Part shown: one piece after another, positions 37,199-50,356 of the stretch
How positions within the stretch are numbered: the first letter of the stretch is position 1
Layout of the letters: each line of letters starts with the position of its first letter
NCBI GenBank assembly: GCA_965645245.1
Contig: OZ287071.1
Coordinates: 1,674,001 to 1,738,000 of the forward strand
Length of the DNA: 64,000 nucleotides
Direction of reading: 5' to 3'
From: Massalongia carnosa
Taxonomy: Eukaryota
Translations under genes and position numbers: made by a program
Notes under the pieces: generated by a model
What the model was told of the DNA's origin: nothing
The model's database searches: none
Seen by the model: only the letters and a program-made list of their open reading frames with translations

Positions 37199-37489
37199 CG
37201 TGCTTGACTTAGGGCGAGATCGACCTCGTCGTCAAGGGAGGCAAAACAAACTGAAAGTGTATGGAGTACAGAGACAGCGTGATGAGAACTCTCCCTTGGA
37301 ACTCAGGTAGTACGTTGGATTAAGATTTGACCACGTGGCCCAATGAAGCCTAGTCCAGTGGAATAAATCATAAATGTATAAAAATGTACTTTATACATCT
37401 TAAGGCTGATGAACCTCCACCTCTGAACATCAGCCTTATCGAGCTGTATCCACATCGAGGTAATTGTTCTGCAGGACAATCCCCAAAGC

Positions 37490-38173
37490 ATGGCCAACCG
37501 CAAGGAACGCCGAGCCCATGCTCAGGCCCAAGCGAAACCCAACTCACCGCATAGCAACATCGACGTTCCTCTTTCTCAACCATCCCGTATGCCTCCACCT
37601 CATAAAACACTACTCGAAATTGCTGCAGAACGCCAGCTTTCCAAAGGAGGAGATCAACCTAAACCCATAGATCCGCAATCAGTCATCATGACGACTATCA
37701 ATCCAAATGGCACATTATCGAATTCACCGAATACATCCCCATCAGATGACCTGGACACGGCACCCTACCTTGATATTCCTTTGTACACGCTAAGCCTAAT
37801 TTTCCTCCACTTTACACTAACACTTTTGGTGCACCATCAATATGCGCTCGAGCCGCCTTCCCTGAGTCCTCTTTTCCTATCATCGACCGTCTTTTCCCTT
37901 ACGCCCGTACTCCTCCTCCTACTTGTGTCCATTCTGCACCCTCGATCTTCGCATCCAGTTACACAGGTTATCTTCGCAGCTATGTCGATACTAGCTGGGG
38001 GATGGCTGGTACATGCTACCAATGACGAGCCGTATATGGCCGTTATGAAGAGAGCTCCTGCATTGGGAACGTTGTGGGTATGGGGAATCGTAGAGATGAG
38101 ATGGGACTGGGCAGTAGCTTGCCTGAGCGTGGTAGGTGGCTGGGGATGGTGGAAAGGATATACTCTCTTCTAA
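37490..38173 (+). CDS. Conserved-looking fungal membrane protein (about 4-5 TM segments)
   Basis: 227-aa ORF with KTLLEIAAERQ, LHFTLTLLVHHQY, YMAVMKRAPALGTLWVW and hydrophobic segments. Confidence 0.8.
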   Translation: MANRKERRAHAQAQAKPNSPHSNIDVPLSQPSRMPPPHKTLLEIAAERQLSKGGDQPKPIDPQSVIMTTINPNGTLSNSPNTSPSDDLDTAPYLDIPLYTLSLIFLHFTLTLLVHHQYALEPPSLSPLFLSSTVFSLTPVLLLLLVSILHPRSSHPVTQVIFAAMSILAGGWLVHATNDEPYMAVMKRAPALGTLWVWGIVEMRWDWAVACLSVVGGWGWWKGYTLF

Positions 38174-38855
38174 ACTGAAAATTCAGTTGGTGGGCACAGC
38201 TCACCTGCATGGTCTATCACGGACTAATACCAGAATGGCTCATGTATCCTTTTGCTAGCAAGGTCTATAACTTGCCTTCGAGACGTTCACGACATGACTA
38301 CTGAGAACAATAAATCCAGATACATCGATTTTGTTCTCACTTTCAAAGGTAAGACCTTGAAGCACATCCAACACGGGTTTCGCTCTTTGGTATGTCATAA
38401 ATGCTGCGAAAATTGTTTGAATTGATTCTCAGAGGCCGGTTTTTAAGAGCAGGGTCTGAGATGGGTAAATGCTGACAGGCGTGGCAACTTTTGCCATCAA
38501 AGAAGTTCCTTCGGAGAGTTTTCAGGGACTACAATTATCTAAAACGAAGAAACCAGCTTGCCTTGAGGCGAGAGCTTCTTATGCGATTGTGACGAAACCG
38601 ATGCAACCTATTCATCGCCCTGAGGCCTTCTGCTGTCTCAGCAGGTGAACAAGTATAGCCATGGATTCACTTTTGGAATATGCGGCAAAACTGCTATCAC
38701 AGTGGAAAGCTGTACATATATATTTTAAGGCCCTCTCCAAAACATCGAGACGCCATTAAAATCATCCCAAAATCCTTCCACTTCCTTGACTAGCTATCAC
38801 AATCTCTTTCAATCCCATAGGTTCCCGCAGACCGTATCAGCATCACCTTAGCCAA

Positions 38856-39584
38856 ATGTTTAAAAAGAGAGGAAAGAAGCCTGCAACTAAAGCCAGTACC
38901 TCTGCGCCAGATCCTCATGGAAAGGAGCCCGCAGCTAGAGTCGGTACCTCTGCGCCAGATCCTCATGAAAAAGAGCCCGTAGCTAGAGTTGGCACCTCTA
39001 CGCTAGATCCTTATGGAAAGATAAGTGCCTTAAAAGAGATGCCACCATCAGAAGATGCTGAGTTTGCGATTCGGGATCCCGTACGCGGCCACTTGCAGAC
39101 TTATCTCAACGGCCTCGTTGTAGGAGTTTTGTTCGGAGACCTAACCGAGACAATGTTGAGCCACGAGATGGAACGATCATTTAATCGAATTACCCCAGCG
39201 TATGTTGAGCGCGGTGTCAGACAGCATTGGCAATCGTATAAGCAGCAAAATCGGGAACCCACGCAGAAGTCTTGGAGCCGGTTCCCTGCCGATAGCGCCG
39301 AGGTCGAAGAGGAGCTGGAGAAGATTCATGTTGATTGGCCTATCCCAACACCCGGAGAAAGTATTGGGCGGTTTGTCGGCAGTTTAGGAAGCATGGAAGC
39401 CATGATGGTGGATTCCGGGGATAATGATCTCGCCAAGGACATTCGTGGCGCTAGGGAGGAAATGCAGAAACGGTGGGAAGCCAAGGCTACAAGGGAGACC
39501 CAACCGGATGAGAATAAGGATAAGGATAGGGATAAGGAAAAGGATGACGATGACGATGACGATGACGAAAGCGATAGCGAATGA
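38856..39584 (+). CDS. Hypothetical 242-aa protein with 16-aa tandem repeats and an acidic tail
   Basis: ATG-initiated ORF with a basic NLS-like start, about 2.6 copies of a 48-bp repeat (TSAPDPHxKEPxARVG) and a D/K-rich C-terminus. Confidence 0.6.
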   Translation: MFKKRGKKPATKASTSAPDPHGKEPAARVGTSAPDPHEKEPVARVGTSTLDPYGKISALKEMPPSEDAEFAIRDPVRGHLQTYLNGLVVGVLFGDLTETMLSHEMERSFNRITPAYVERGVRQHWQSYKQQNREPTQKSWSRFPADSAEVEEELEKIHVDWPIPTPGESIGRFVGSLGSMEAMMVDSGDNDLAKDIRGAREEMQKRWEAKATRETQPDENKDKDRDKEKDDDDDDDDESDSE

Positions 39585-39951
39585 GACAATAAGGTATGGC
39601 AGTGAGGCTTCCATCGGAGCCAGAGGATGGTTGATCCTGCTAGGTGACACTTGAGAGGAAATTCCCCGAAAAGGTTATCGGTAGGTTGTTGGACTAAGAG
39701 TAACCTTTTTTCTATGTTTGAAGTTCGTGGGCCAAACCACACCAGCATGCTACAAGGTGGGTATTGGATCTTTCTATATAATCTCATCATTCCTGAACGG
39801 GTGTATGGGTCATTTCGGTTCACGCAGCGAGCTGGTTTCGACCATGCTCAGCTGATGCAAGTAGAAAACTGCAAAACAGATATAACGAATCCAGGATACT
39901 GTATCTACCTCTCTCCTCATCATTTCGTATTCGTGATTCACATTCTACTTG

Positions 39952-40183
39952 TTCAATTCATTCAATTCATTCAATTCATTCAATTCATTCAATTCATTCA
40001 ATTCATTCAATTCATTCAATTCATTCAATTCATTCAATTCATTCAATTCATTCAATTCATTCAATTCATTCAATTCATTCAATTCATTCAATTCATTCAA
40101 TTCATTCAATTCATTCAATTCATTCAATTCATTCAATTCATTCAATTCATTCAATTCATTCAATTCATTCAATTCATTCAATT
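39952..40183. repeat. Perfect 9-bp tandem array (TTCAATTCA), 25 full copies plus 7 nt
   Basis: Counted directly; 232 bp without interruption. Confidence 0.98.
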
Positions 40184-40702
40184 TTTATTCATTGCCGCTC
40201 AGGCGTCATAACCTGAGCATAAATTCGCAAACTAGTTACCTATCGTGTCCTTCAAAGAACCCACATACATAACCCCTTATGCTGCACCGCTCATATCCGG
40301 CCTCAATCTCGCCAAATGTCCCTCTTCACCTCTTTAATACTCATCCTCACATCTCTTTTCATAGGGCTTCAGCAGACACACATAGACTATAATTTATCCC
40401 CTTCTTCTTCTTCCCCAACACCACCACCTCCCAAAAGGGAAAGACTACCTGCGTGAGAAGAAACGAAAACAAGCGAGAGAACCCAACGTCGTTCTCATCT
40501 CCAGTTATTTCGCTTTTCTGAAAAATACGGGGAAAAAAAGGACAGATAAACCTATCTATCTACCAACCCGTTCTACATACCCAACTTTGGGTTCACCAAC
40601 GAAAAAAAAAAGAGAGAAGAAAATAGGAAAAATTCCGGATAAGAGGGAATTACTCCAAAGGGGGAGATGGACTTTGGATAGATAGATAGGCGTGGTGCGG
40701 TT

Positions 40703-40733
40703 GTTTTCCGTTTTCCGTTTTCCGTTTTCCGTT
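40703..40733. repeat. (GTTTTCC)x4 short tandem repeat
   Basis: Read directly from the sequence. Confidence 0.85.
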
Positions 40734-41051
40734 ACTGTTTCGGTGGGAGATTGAAGGGGAGGGGGGCAGAGATGGGAAATAGTAGATGGAGAGGTAGCGC
40801 AAAGGATGGAGAAAAAAAGAAGGCGAGGTTGAGTAAGTGGTATATCTGTTTGTCCGTCTATCTATCTGGATACAGGAGCGAAAATCTTAGCCAATGTATG
40901 ACCTTTGGGGAAAAAAAAGACACCCAACTTTTAGGCTACCCTCTCTTTGAAATCGCCGCTTCTCAACTCCCTTTTGCATATATCCCATCGGTCTCTCCTA
41001 GAGTTCATTTTATTGCTTTACCACAATCTAGCGCGCGATGAAATTACCATA

Positions 41052-42787
41052 CTACCATGCCACACAACCGGCCAGAATATCCCAGCCCAGGATCCGCCAT
41101 ACCTCCATCTTGAACCACTCGCCAACTCCTCTTTCCCCACTTGAAGCCGCCTCATCATACCCAGCGGGAAGGTCCAATCCCGAACCCCCTGCCTCAGCGC
41201 CTGCCGAAACGGACGGGGAGAGCGTGTTGGGAAGTTCCGAGGAGTGGGCGGTGCCGAAGACGGCGTGAAGGAGCGTGGATTGAAGGGTTTTGATTGGAAT
41301 GGTGTGCAAGGAGGAAGGCTTACAAGGCGTGACTGTCAACGGCGGGGATGGTGGATGAAATGCAGCTACAGGAGCAAATGTCGAGAGATCGAAGTCGCGC
41401 TTGGCAAAAGGGATAATACGCTCAAAGAGATGGATTAGGTACGGTGCGCACGCTTCCGCATATCTTCGACCCTCTTCGTGCTCGGAGGTAGATGCCAGCA
41501 CCTGGCTGCCCGGAACGGTCGGACCGAGAAAATCGGCGGGATAGTCGTCGTCGAAGACAAAAATTTTTAAGGCGGTGCCGACGCGCCTAAGGAGGAAGAA
41601 GAGAAGACCTTCAAGGATTGCGCGGTCTGAGTGAACAGCGAAGTCGAGAGTGAATGCCAAAGCGAGGAGCAGGTTGCAGAGATTTAGGATAGTTTTGTCT
41701 AGCTGTATGGGCTTGAGGATTGATTGGGGAGGAGGCGCTAATCCCCTTCTGACGCTGCAGGTGGATGGTTTATTTGCTGTAAGTAATGTTTTACCTTGCG
41801 CTTGGGCTGCGCAAAGGACACAAATGTGAGCCAGTAGGTCGCGAAAGATTTCGACGAAGCTGTGAATAACATTACCGGGAAGAAGGTGGCCTTCTGGGGA
41901 TTGATAGAGTTTGTGGAGGCATTGGAGGAGACGTGGGAATGTGCGGGACATGATAGTGAGCTTGGGGCTAACGTTTAGATCTATGTTTGATTGAGTTCGC
42001 GCCGGTTTTGGTTGTTGAGTTCGACTAGCAGCATTATCGCGGCCGGTTGTGCTAGAAAAATTCTGGGAGCTTTGTGGGAGTTTGATAGATCGAATATTTT
42101 GTCGGATGTCAGATGAGATCTGGCAAAGTGTATTGGAGAGGACTATGGGTTCAGGGTTTCTCTCTTGCATCATTTGTTCCAGGGCGTAGAAGCGGTGGAG
42201 GAAGGCGTCTTAAGACTTTCTATCAGCGAAAACCCCGTCATTGCGTACAGGATCGCCTTACCGTCCAAGTGCGACGAAGACTCTGCTATACCGTTGGCGG
42301 GGTATGGGAGTTCACCTACACATGACGTCCAACTTTCTGCCACTTTCAACCTCTTTCGAGCATTGGCACCAGGCTCATGGCCGGGGCCATTCGCACTTCT
42401 TTTCTGCTTCCTCTGTGATGAAGTCTCCTGAGCTGTAGTGATCGAATCACCCCGGACTTCCAACATGCGCTCCAACCCAAAGACTTTAATTCGAAGCTCG
42501 GTTTGTGCTGCTTCGGATTTCTTAAGTGCGTCTCGCAGGAAAGCTGATGTGTCGACATGATGGTTACCGTCCCTCGGAGCATCTGCTCGCCGGCCAACCT
42601 TTATAAAGGAGTGTAGCGATGAAAGGTAATCTGCAACAACGTCAGTGAGTCTCTCAATTTTAGGCTAAGACGATATACCTTGAACGCTAATATGATTAGG
42701 TCTAGATTTAGCCAAGAAAAGTGCAATGATGAGGTCGGATGAATGAGGGTTGAAAGTCTTTCTCGGAGGAGCCGCTTCAGGTGCCAT
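41052..42787 (-). CDS. Hypothetical fungal protein with N-terminal coiled coil (3 exons)
   Basis: The spliced model MAPEAAPP..LAKSRPNHISVQ/DYLSSLHSF..DALKKSEAAQTELRIKV../DAFLHRFYALEQMMQ.. joins ORF 41052-42173 through two GT-AG introns. C-terminus FKMEVWRILGWDILA. Confidence 0.72.
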
Positions 42788-43107
42788 TGGCGCTGTTCAA
42801 AAGTATGCAAACTTCAGCCGAGCCAAGAAGGCGATTAACGTGCTTGGCTCAGAATTTCTTCCGTGGCGAAGCCAATGGTTTAATCCAAAGTTCTATATCA
42901 CCAGCAGCATTTCATATAGTTCAGTAGAAGATAGTTGTTGTGTCCAGAACATTTTTTTTCGATATTTATAGAGGTATGCTTATCAATGGCAACTTTTATA
43001 CAAGGCTACTGGTGGTAGCTTGAAGGAACTCGTATGCGTTCTCTGGATTTACTATTCCATTCCAACAAAAGAAATGGGAGGGTATCATTCCATCTAACCT
43101 GTACACT

Positions 43108-45210
43108 TCAATGCCGTTTCGCCCTAGATGTTTCCCCTCCACGAGCTTTCCTGGACCTGCTAATGCCTCTTCTCTGTATGGTTTTGACAACATACCTCTC
43201 TAACATATCCCGCCTGTACCAGTCAATATCGGTGCCATACTCATCATAGGAACGATCGGCTTACATTAAATACAAGTATGTTACAAATGCCAAAGGAACG
43301 GCGATAATCCAGAAAAATCTGCCGAGAAATCAGTGTGAAGCCTAATCGGTTCCTTGCAGCCTAACCACATACGAATCGCTGTGCTCGTGTACGCCTTGAA
43401 ACCGTACAAAATTCATTCCAAAATAGCCCTAAAAGTTTTCAGTGGCTGAATTAGGAGATTGCAAGCATCATTACGTACTGTTAGAAAGGTCATGGGTAGA
43501 AACAGGATCGTCACCAGAGTCAATTGTTTCATGCTTTCGTTCTGACTGGCGCCTGTTGGGTCTTAGTATCTCCCGATTCCTTGGAAAGGCTTGCTCACTA
43601 TGAGTGTTGAAGATGAGATCGATCATGTTGTCAGCCGCCCTTCTCATTTGATCAAGTTCTTGGGTGATCAGTATGCAGTGGTCTTCGACATCTCCAAGAT
43701 AGGTTTGTGTCGTTTGGCTGATAGTCACGCTAGAAGAACTAAGCTTCCCCAGCAATCCGCTCGTACCTGGAGTGCTGATGGACTCGTTCTTATGGTCTCG
43801 TAAGGAGTTGACAAGGCTGATGATTGGGGAGATGTTGCTCTTGAATTGAGAAATTTCCGAGGTAAGAACATACAGCGAGGTCGTATGTTTTAATTCAGGT
43901 TCGGTCAGCACATCAAGCTCGAGTTCTCCAATAGCATCCTGGTATGCCCTTGTCACCGGGATGGCTAAATCGATGATTGCGTCAACAATTCCCTACAGGT
44001 ATGTAAGCAGATAGTGCCTATGGGATCAGGGAAGACCACCAACTTGCGCCAACATGCTCGCGTCAGAAGATCTTCTAAGAATCGTTTCCTGACTACTAAG
44101 TCGTGCAGTAATTGGGGTTTCAATATCCTCAGCAGAACTTTCGAAGAATGATATAACGGTGTTATCAGACGTCAAGAATATCGACACCTGCTCAACGGCA
44201 ACCCCCAGGTTCTTGGATGCTAAAGCAGAATGCTTCTCCATGAAATCAATACGTTCTTCGTTTGGTCCCCCGTGGTACCGCTGCAGGGTCCGTGCATACG
44301 AAATAGGCGCCTTTGTAACTACGTGCGCAGCTATAAAACCTCTGGCTGGGTCGTGGGTGTCTGCCGAAGTATCCAAAGGCTTGGGTGGGGCTGTATTCGG
44401 GTGACTTGTCTTCATGGGGCTGGATAGAAATGATCTGAAGGACATTTCACGCTTCTTTTTCTTGTTCTTTGTGGGCCGAGCACCTTCAACGTGCTCGTTT
44501 TCTAACTCTAAGCAGTCGGAATCGTAATCCGAATCCGAGTGCAAATGAATCAGCTTTTGCAAGGGGAGGACCACTATTCTGATATTAGTACCGTTCGACT
44601 AGCCTAGATTCAGTTGACATCGGAAAATGCATTTTCAGGAAACGAGAATACGCTTACTGTAAGTGTGATCCGAATACCAATCTGCTTTCGTCCTGTTCAT
44701 TGTGTTCATCAAATCCTCAATCGCCAACCGATGCAGCCCCTTATCATTCCCCAACAGCTTGATAATATCCCAACTCAATCCATTAACATTAATCCACCTG
44801 CACACCGCCCAACCCGGCCGTTCTTCCTCCATAAATGGCACCAAAGTCTTGTTATCCAGCCGATGCATCTGCATGCTATCCTGAGAGTAATCCACAATGG
44901 TAATTTCGCATTCTTCATGCAACTCCAGCGAATTGGACAAATGGTAAGCGCTATGCGGTGCTGATGTATCGATACCAGGCTCCTGACCTGGCTGCCATGG
45001 TTTCCCACGCTGTTTGGGACGGTATGTTTTCGCGGTGCTTGAGCGTATGGGACGACGCAGTCGGATTGACTCTGGGGGAGAGCTGAGAGGAAATTGAATG
45101 TGGCCGTTCAGCTGTGATGCTGGAGACTGTGCTTCGAGGTCGATATGCGTAGGTCGGATGACGGGCGCGTCCGCGGGTGACGACGTTGAAAAATCCTGTG
45201 CTTCAGTCAT
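43108..45210 (-). CDS. CorA-family Mg2+/metal transporter, multi-exon
   Basis: [55 protein letters not shown], and the GYFGMNF signature between two TM helices. Confidence 0.92.
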
Positions 45211-46398
45211 GATTGTTGAGACGCAGTCTGCAAACGCCGCGTGAATTGAAGCCCATCGAGGGAGAACGAGGAATGCAGGGGAAGTTTTTATTGGGAAATG
45301 CGTTATGTTCAAAAGGCCAATACACAATCAGCCCAATCAGGTCAGACACAGAGGGAAAGGTGAAATTGGAAATGTTTTAAAAACGAGGGTTTCAAAAATG
45401 AGGTCACTTTGAACGAGGGCCGTTTCTCGGGTAAAAATTCCTAATGAGGTCTCTAGCAGCCCCTGTTGTCTTTAACCTAGCGGGCGCAATACTCCGTACA
45501 TGAGCGCCTAAGTAGGTACGGTGGCGGGGCACCTATATGTGGGGTGTAATAAGCGGTGGAGTCTCCATAGGAGAACTACCATAGTAGCCTTTTGGCTCAG
45601 TGGCTTAGGTGACTTATTGCACCCCTGTTACAGCAGTGGTGCTCGGTGGCACTGACCCTCGCGTGCAGTCATCACACCTGTCACCTGACCATCTGGTGGA
45701 GGTCCACTCTACCCTTCCACAACGTAGTTGTACGCTGATCAGATTGACGTATGATGGATGCATAGCTTTCGCTATAAATCACGATCGAACTGTATTTAAT
45801 TTAAAAATCGTGTTTTCTTTCAGTCATTAAGGAACGTAGAACTTGATGCATGCGAGGCAAAGTGTTAATTTCGCATATTTATGATTCTCTAAATTGTACG
45901 TCATAAAACAAAAGAAGTTTCAGCAATTGCAGTGAATTGAGTTCAGATCATTGTTTTTTGCTTCAAGTTTCACGTTTGTGATATTTCATTCAAACAATCA
46001 ATATTTTTGTCTGAAAGCTTACGATGATGATCATGAAACTTCGATTGATCAGCGTTATGAGCGCGACGACTGTTGTTCGTGTTTTTAAGCATGGCATAAC
46101 CTCAAGTTCTTCTTACGTTCAAAAAATCGAAAGTAGGACGGGCGGTTTAGGGTGCTAGTAAGATGTGTTCATTTTCAAGTATCTTTAAATACAGTCAAGC
46201 AAATATTTCATAGCATTACAAAATCAACCTATTTGACAACATCCCGTGTTGTACACATCCCCGCCATCAGATCCCAGCCACCAGAACTCCTTTTCAATCC
46301 TCATCCTCAAACGCCGTGCACCTTTTTCCCCGACCACTCTTCTCCTTTCAAAAACCTTTATGTAAAGAAAAACCCAATGAGCTCGGAAAAGGAAGTAT

Positions 46399-49300
46399 TT
46401 AGACAGTGGGTGACGACCGGGATACGTTAGGCTTCATCCAATCCCTTCGATATATCTTACTTGCATTTGACGGTTCTTTCCATGACCAGTATGGCTCATG
46501 AACAAAAGGCATGTCCATTAATTGTGGTACTTGTGGCTGCGCATAGCTTGGAACCAACTTCTTGTTCCTGAATGTTCGTGATATGTCAACGTTTGCGGCT
46601 GTAAATGAACCGTTGGCCTTCTTGGTCACTTCTTTGACGATATCACTAAGATCCTTCTCACTATTCGCAACCTGTGCTCGGAGAAAATCTAGATCTGCCT
46701 GTTCGCGTAGTTCAGCCATCACCGGGGTTCGTGGCGTGTAGGGGTATCGGTTCAGAAGAATAGGGGAGCGTGGCTCTATCTTCGGGTCGAGAAACGCACG
46801 TAGTCCTTTATCTAGCAACTGATTTATGTTCAAGCTTTCGCCATGTGGAATCTTGTTGGGATGACTTGGAGTAACGCAATCCATATCCACCTCTTTCCTC
46901 AGTACATGATCGATGTCAACAGCGCTAAAGTAGGCACATGATTGAGGCAGATCATTGATTCCCATTTGCTGAGAAAACATCGCTCGTGTCCACACGTTGG
47001 CAACTTGTAAGGCCATTGCACCCTTGTACTTGTCCTCTTCTTTGACCAAATACCGAATCTCATCGTGGACTGTAATAGCAAGCCGAGCATCAAGATTAAA
47101 GCGACGAATAAGGTAATCCATTGAAATGATGAGGAGATGAAGGTAGTCTACACCCGAGGACTGGATAGCCCAGTTTATTCTTGAAGTCATGAAGCCTCCT
47201 TTGTTGATGAAACGGCGCATCAAAGCCTCGGTGATCCCAGCACCTAGAACTGGTGTTCGCGGACGCTCTTGCTCTGCAAAGTCTTCTAATCTGTTGAAAA
47301 CAAAAGATTCGGTCCCTCCGCGCCAAAAGGATCGATCGCTGAGGGCTTTCCGAGTCGTTTTGATACCTTTGGTTTCCTTGTATAGTCGTGTTGCTATCTC
47401 ATGGGTTTGCTTTTCAGTAAGATTGGGATTGAATTGCCGTAGCAAAGTCGAGGCAAACTTCAGGCCAGCGCCGTATATGCGGCCATAGTTGAAAACTTTT
47501 GCATCATTTCTGGATATCCCTAGAATCTTTGCCGTTTTTGAATGGAGATCGGTGCCTGCAGCTTTGGTGCCTTCCAACGTCATAAACCCAATTGCATTCC
47601 CACCGTGAATACGAAACTGGGCGTCTCCAACAAGACTTGCAATCCACAATTCCTGAGAATCGACGTCAGCACCAACAAAACAGTAACCTGGAGGCGCTTT
47701 GATCATTGACTTCAGTTCTGAGCCAACTCTGTTAACTTTCGCGTTGCTAGCTGTAAGCCAAGTATTCTCGACAGCTCTTCGAGTGATTGTCCCCATGGGT
47801 ATTATTTGTGGAAGAATAAATCCAAGACCTTTGGATGGTTGCGATTTTGATTGTTTGAGACCTACAGCTTCGCCTTCGTAGACCACAAGCTGCGATCTAA
47901 TGCGGTCTCGAGCACTGATCCAGTAAGAGCAGGAAGCGTTCATCTCCAAGGCTTCCTTCGCATATGAAAATTCGGAAGATAATACTCCGCTCTCGAAGTA
48001 TTGCAAGTAACCTTTAGCCAATGGATTCGCGCATCTAGCTTGTGGCCCATCTTTATGAGGTAGCTTAAAATAGCGATATTTATTGTCATCCCGAAGACTT
48101 AAGTTCTTCTCATCAGCCATATCGCAGTGAATAACAGCTTTCTCGGTGTATATGTAGGCCGAAGCAAGTGGTACCTTAAAAGTCCATCCGTATTTATCCG
48201 ACCATACAAGGGGGTAACCATCCCAGGAAAGTCGGAGTAACAGAGGAGCGATGCGAGTTCTAACCGTTAAAGCTAACTTCGCTTGACTTGTAGCAAACAA
48301 GTCTTTGTACCACTGAGGCCTTCCTGGTTTCTTCTGTCGTGCAGCAGGTCTTGGTGGATCACCCTTTTTCTTTCCTTTTACCATCTTTATCAATTGGCCC
48401 GACCAGTCCAACTGTCTCAGCCAGTCATCATTCTCATAGTGCTCCGGGTTATCTTTTGATTCAAGCGCTCGATCTGTTAGGTCAACCAGTCGTTCTTCCA
48501 CTGCCTTCGAAAGGCGATTATAGGTAGCTTCAGCATTTTCAAGATACATCTCCCAAGATCTGTCCACTGGAAGGATGACGGACGATAGATGCCGCAAAGC
48601 GCTGAAACTTACGGGATGAGGGCATACGTCGAGGAAGCCTGGAAAAACTTTCTTATAAACCCGATGTGTGACAGCCACATCAGCTGCACAATAGTCAAGC
48701 AATTCTTCGAGTTTCCCTCGTATACCACAGCGGTCGAGCTCCCCAAACTGATCGCGTTGGGCTTTATCAATGGTAACGTTGCAATGGAATTTTGCAACAT
48801 CTCGCAAGGAATTGATAGAACTTCTCCCAACCCACAACTCCTCTTCTTCTTCGTTGAGTACATTACTTTCCAGCAATGCGGCTAATTCAACAGAGTTGGT
48901 TTCAGTCGCTATTTTGTCTCTTATGTCCCGATTCTTTTTATGCTTCATCCAAGTCGGCCTTTGTCTTGAGCACATCCCGTTAACGGCAACATGTAAAGAC
49001 ATAGTATCTATAAAGAAGTTCTTTGACTGCTTGACATTGTATTCTTCCGCTATTCGAGCCCGATCATATCCAACATTATGGCCAATAACAATTCTTGCCT
49101 TGTCCGGATTCCCGAGCGGAATGAGATGCCTATCGGATTCCGATTCTCCCATGAGCCAAGGAGAGAGCCAAGCGTACCATGCGGTATTGCTCGCTGCACA
49201 GGCCATGACTGCAAATGAACTTTCTTTCCACATGACCTCGGTATCGAAGGTTAACATCTCTTCCTCCGGTGCTACCACCACCTCGCTTGTACCATCGCTA

Positions 49301-49876
49301 TAATATTTTGTCCATCCGCTGCGTTTATTCCACTGCCGGGGTGGTCTTGGAAGGTCAGTTATCGAATACTGTCGTGCATAACCGAGGTATGGTTCTGATG
49401 CATCTATGCCTAATCTGTGGAAGTGTTCATCGAGGGAAGTACCCTGAAGAGGCGGTAAATCGAAAGCCACTGGTGGAGAGATTTCTTGGTTTTTACCCAA
49501 TAGCTGGTGCTTAGCTAGATGATCCCTACTTAGGTCTATCAGATGCTGAAGTGGTACCGTTGACGGTCCCATAAAGATCTGGGGATGGACATGGCTGCTA
49601 AGCTGTTGTACCCCTATCTCATTGTAGCGTGCTGCGGACGGCACTGCGACCTTGAAATCAGTCAAGAACAGGGGCAGGAGCGATCCTAGAAGGAAACATA
49701 CATGCAAGACTGGAGGGTTTTGAAAGCTTAAGATCATCTGTGCGCGCTTCCACTACATATAGTCGTCTTATTGAGAAATTGTAGAATGGTCTGGAGGTAT
49801 TACTCCAGCGGTAAAAGGAACTAGAGAAGATCGAACAAGCAGCACCATGTTTGACGCTCTGACGAGACCAAATCAT
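46399..49876 (-). CDS. MIP1: Mitochondrial DNA polymerase gamma (2 exons)
   Basis: Exo motifs FDTEV and GHNVGYDRARI; polymerase motifs VGADVDSQE, AKVFNYGRIYGAG and TVHDEIRY. Presequence-like first exon; intron uses the CAG acceptor at about 49644. Confidence 0.97.
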
Positions 49877-50356
49877 GCTCGTTTGTGATCAGCTCATATG
49901 AAACATGATTAGCATAACGCTCGCTCTGATTCAATTGTTTTATCATGGAAATCCAAAGCGAATCTAACGTAATCTAAGCGTCACGATACATTCCTGACAC
50001 GTGCTTGGTACGTGTACCTAGTTCCAGAGTCAGTTCTCATATTGTGGCGTGTGGCATGCGGCGCTAATTATCTAATCCGGTAAACTACGTACTCCTTTGG
50101 TCTTATGTATGCATGCATTGTACGGGCAGGACACAATAGGCCTAGACTTGTGACGATGAGATTTTAAATGCAACGAGAGGAGAGACCTTTCCAGCACTAT
50201 ATAACTTTACGTCTAATCAACCTGGCTCGGTACTATACTTTTCTTATGTGTATTATAGTTCACTCCTACTAGATGATTCTCACCCTCGTATTAATACCCT
50301 GCTGCTAACCTGCCACTTCCCACGACTCAGCCAGCGGCTTAAGACAGTTGCTCCTG

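Noticed and set aside
39651..40272. ORFs encoding (FIQ)n, (FNS)n and (NEL)n
   Set aside because: By-products of a stop-free 9-bp tandem repeat, with no other evidence of coding.
45700..46160. AT-rich stretch ending in ...TTTAGGGTG, a possible TE relic
   Set aside because: No convincing matching TIR or TSD; only weak patchy inverted similarity.
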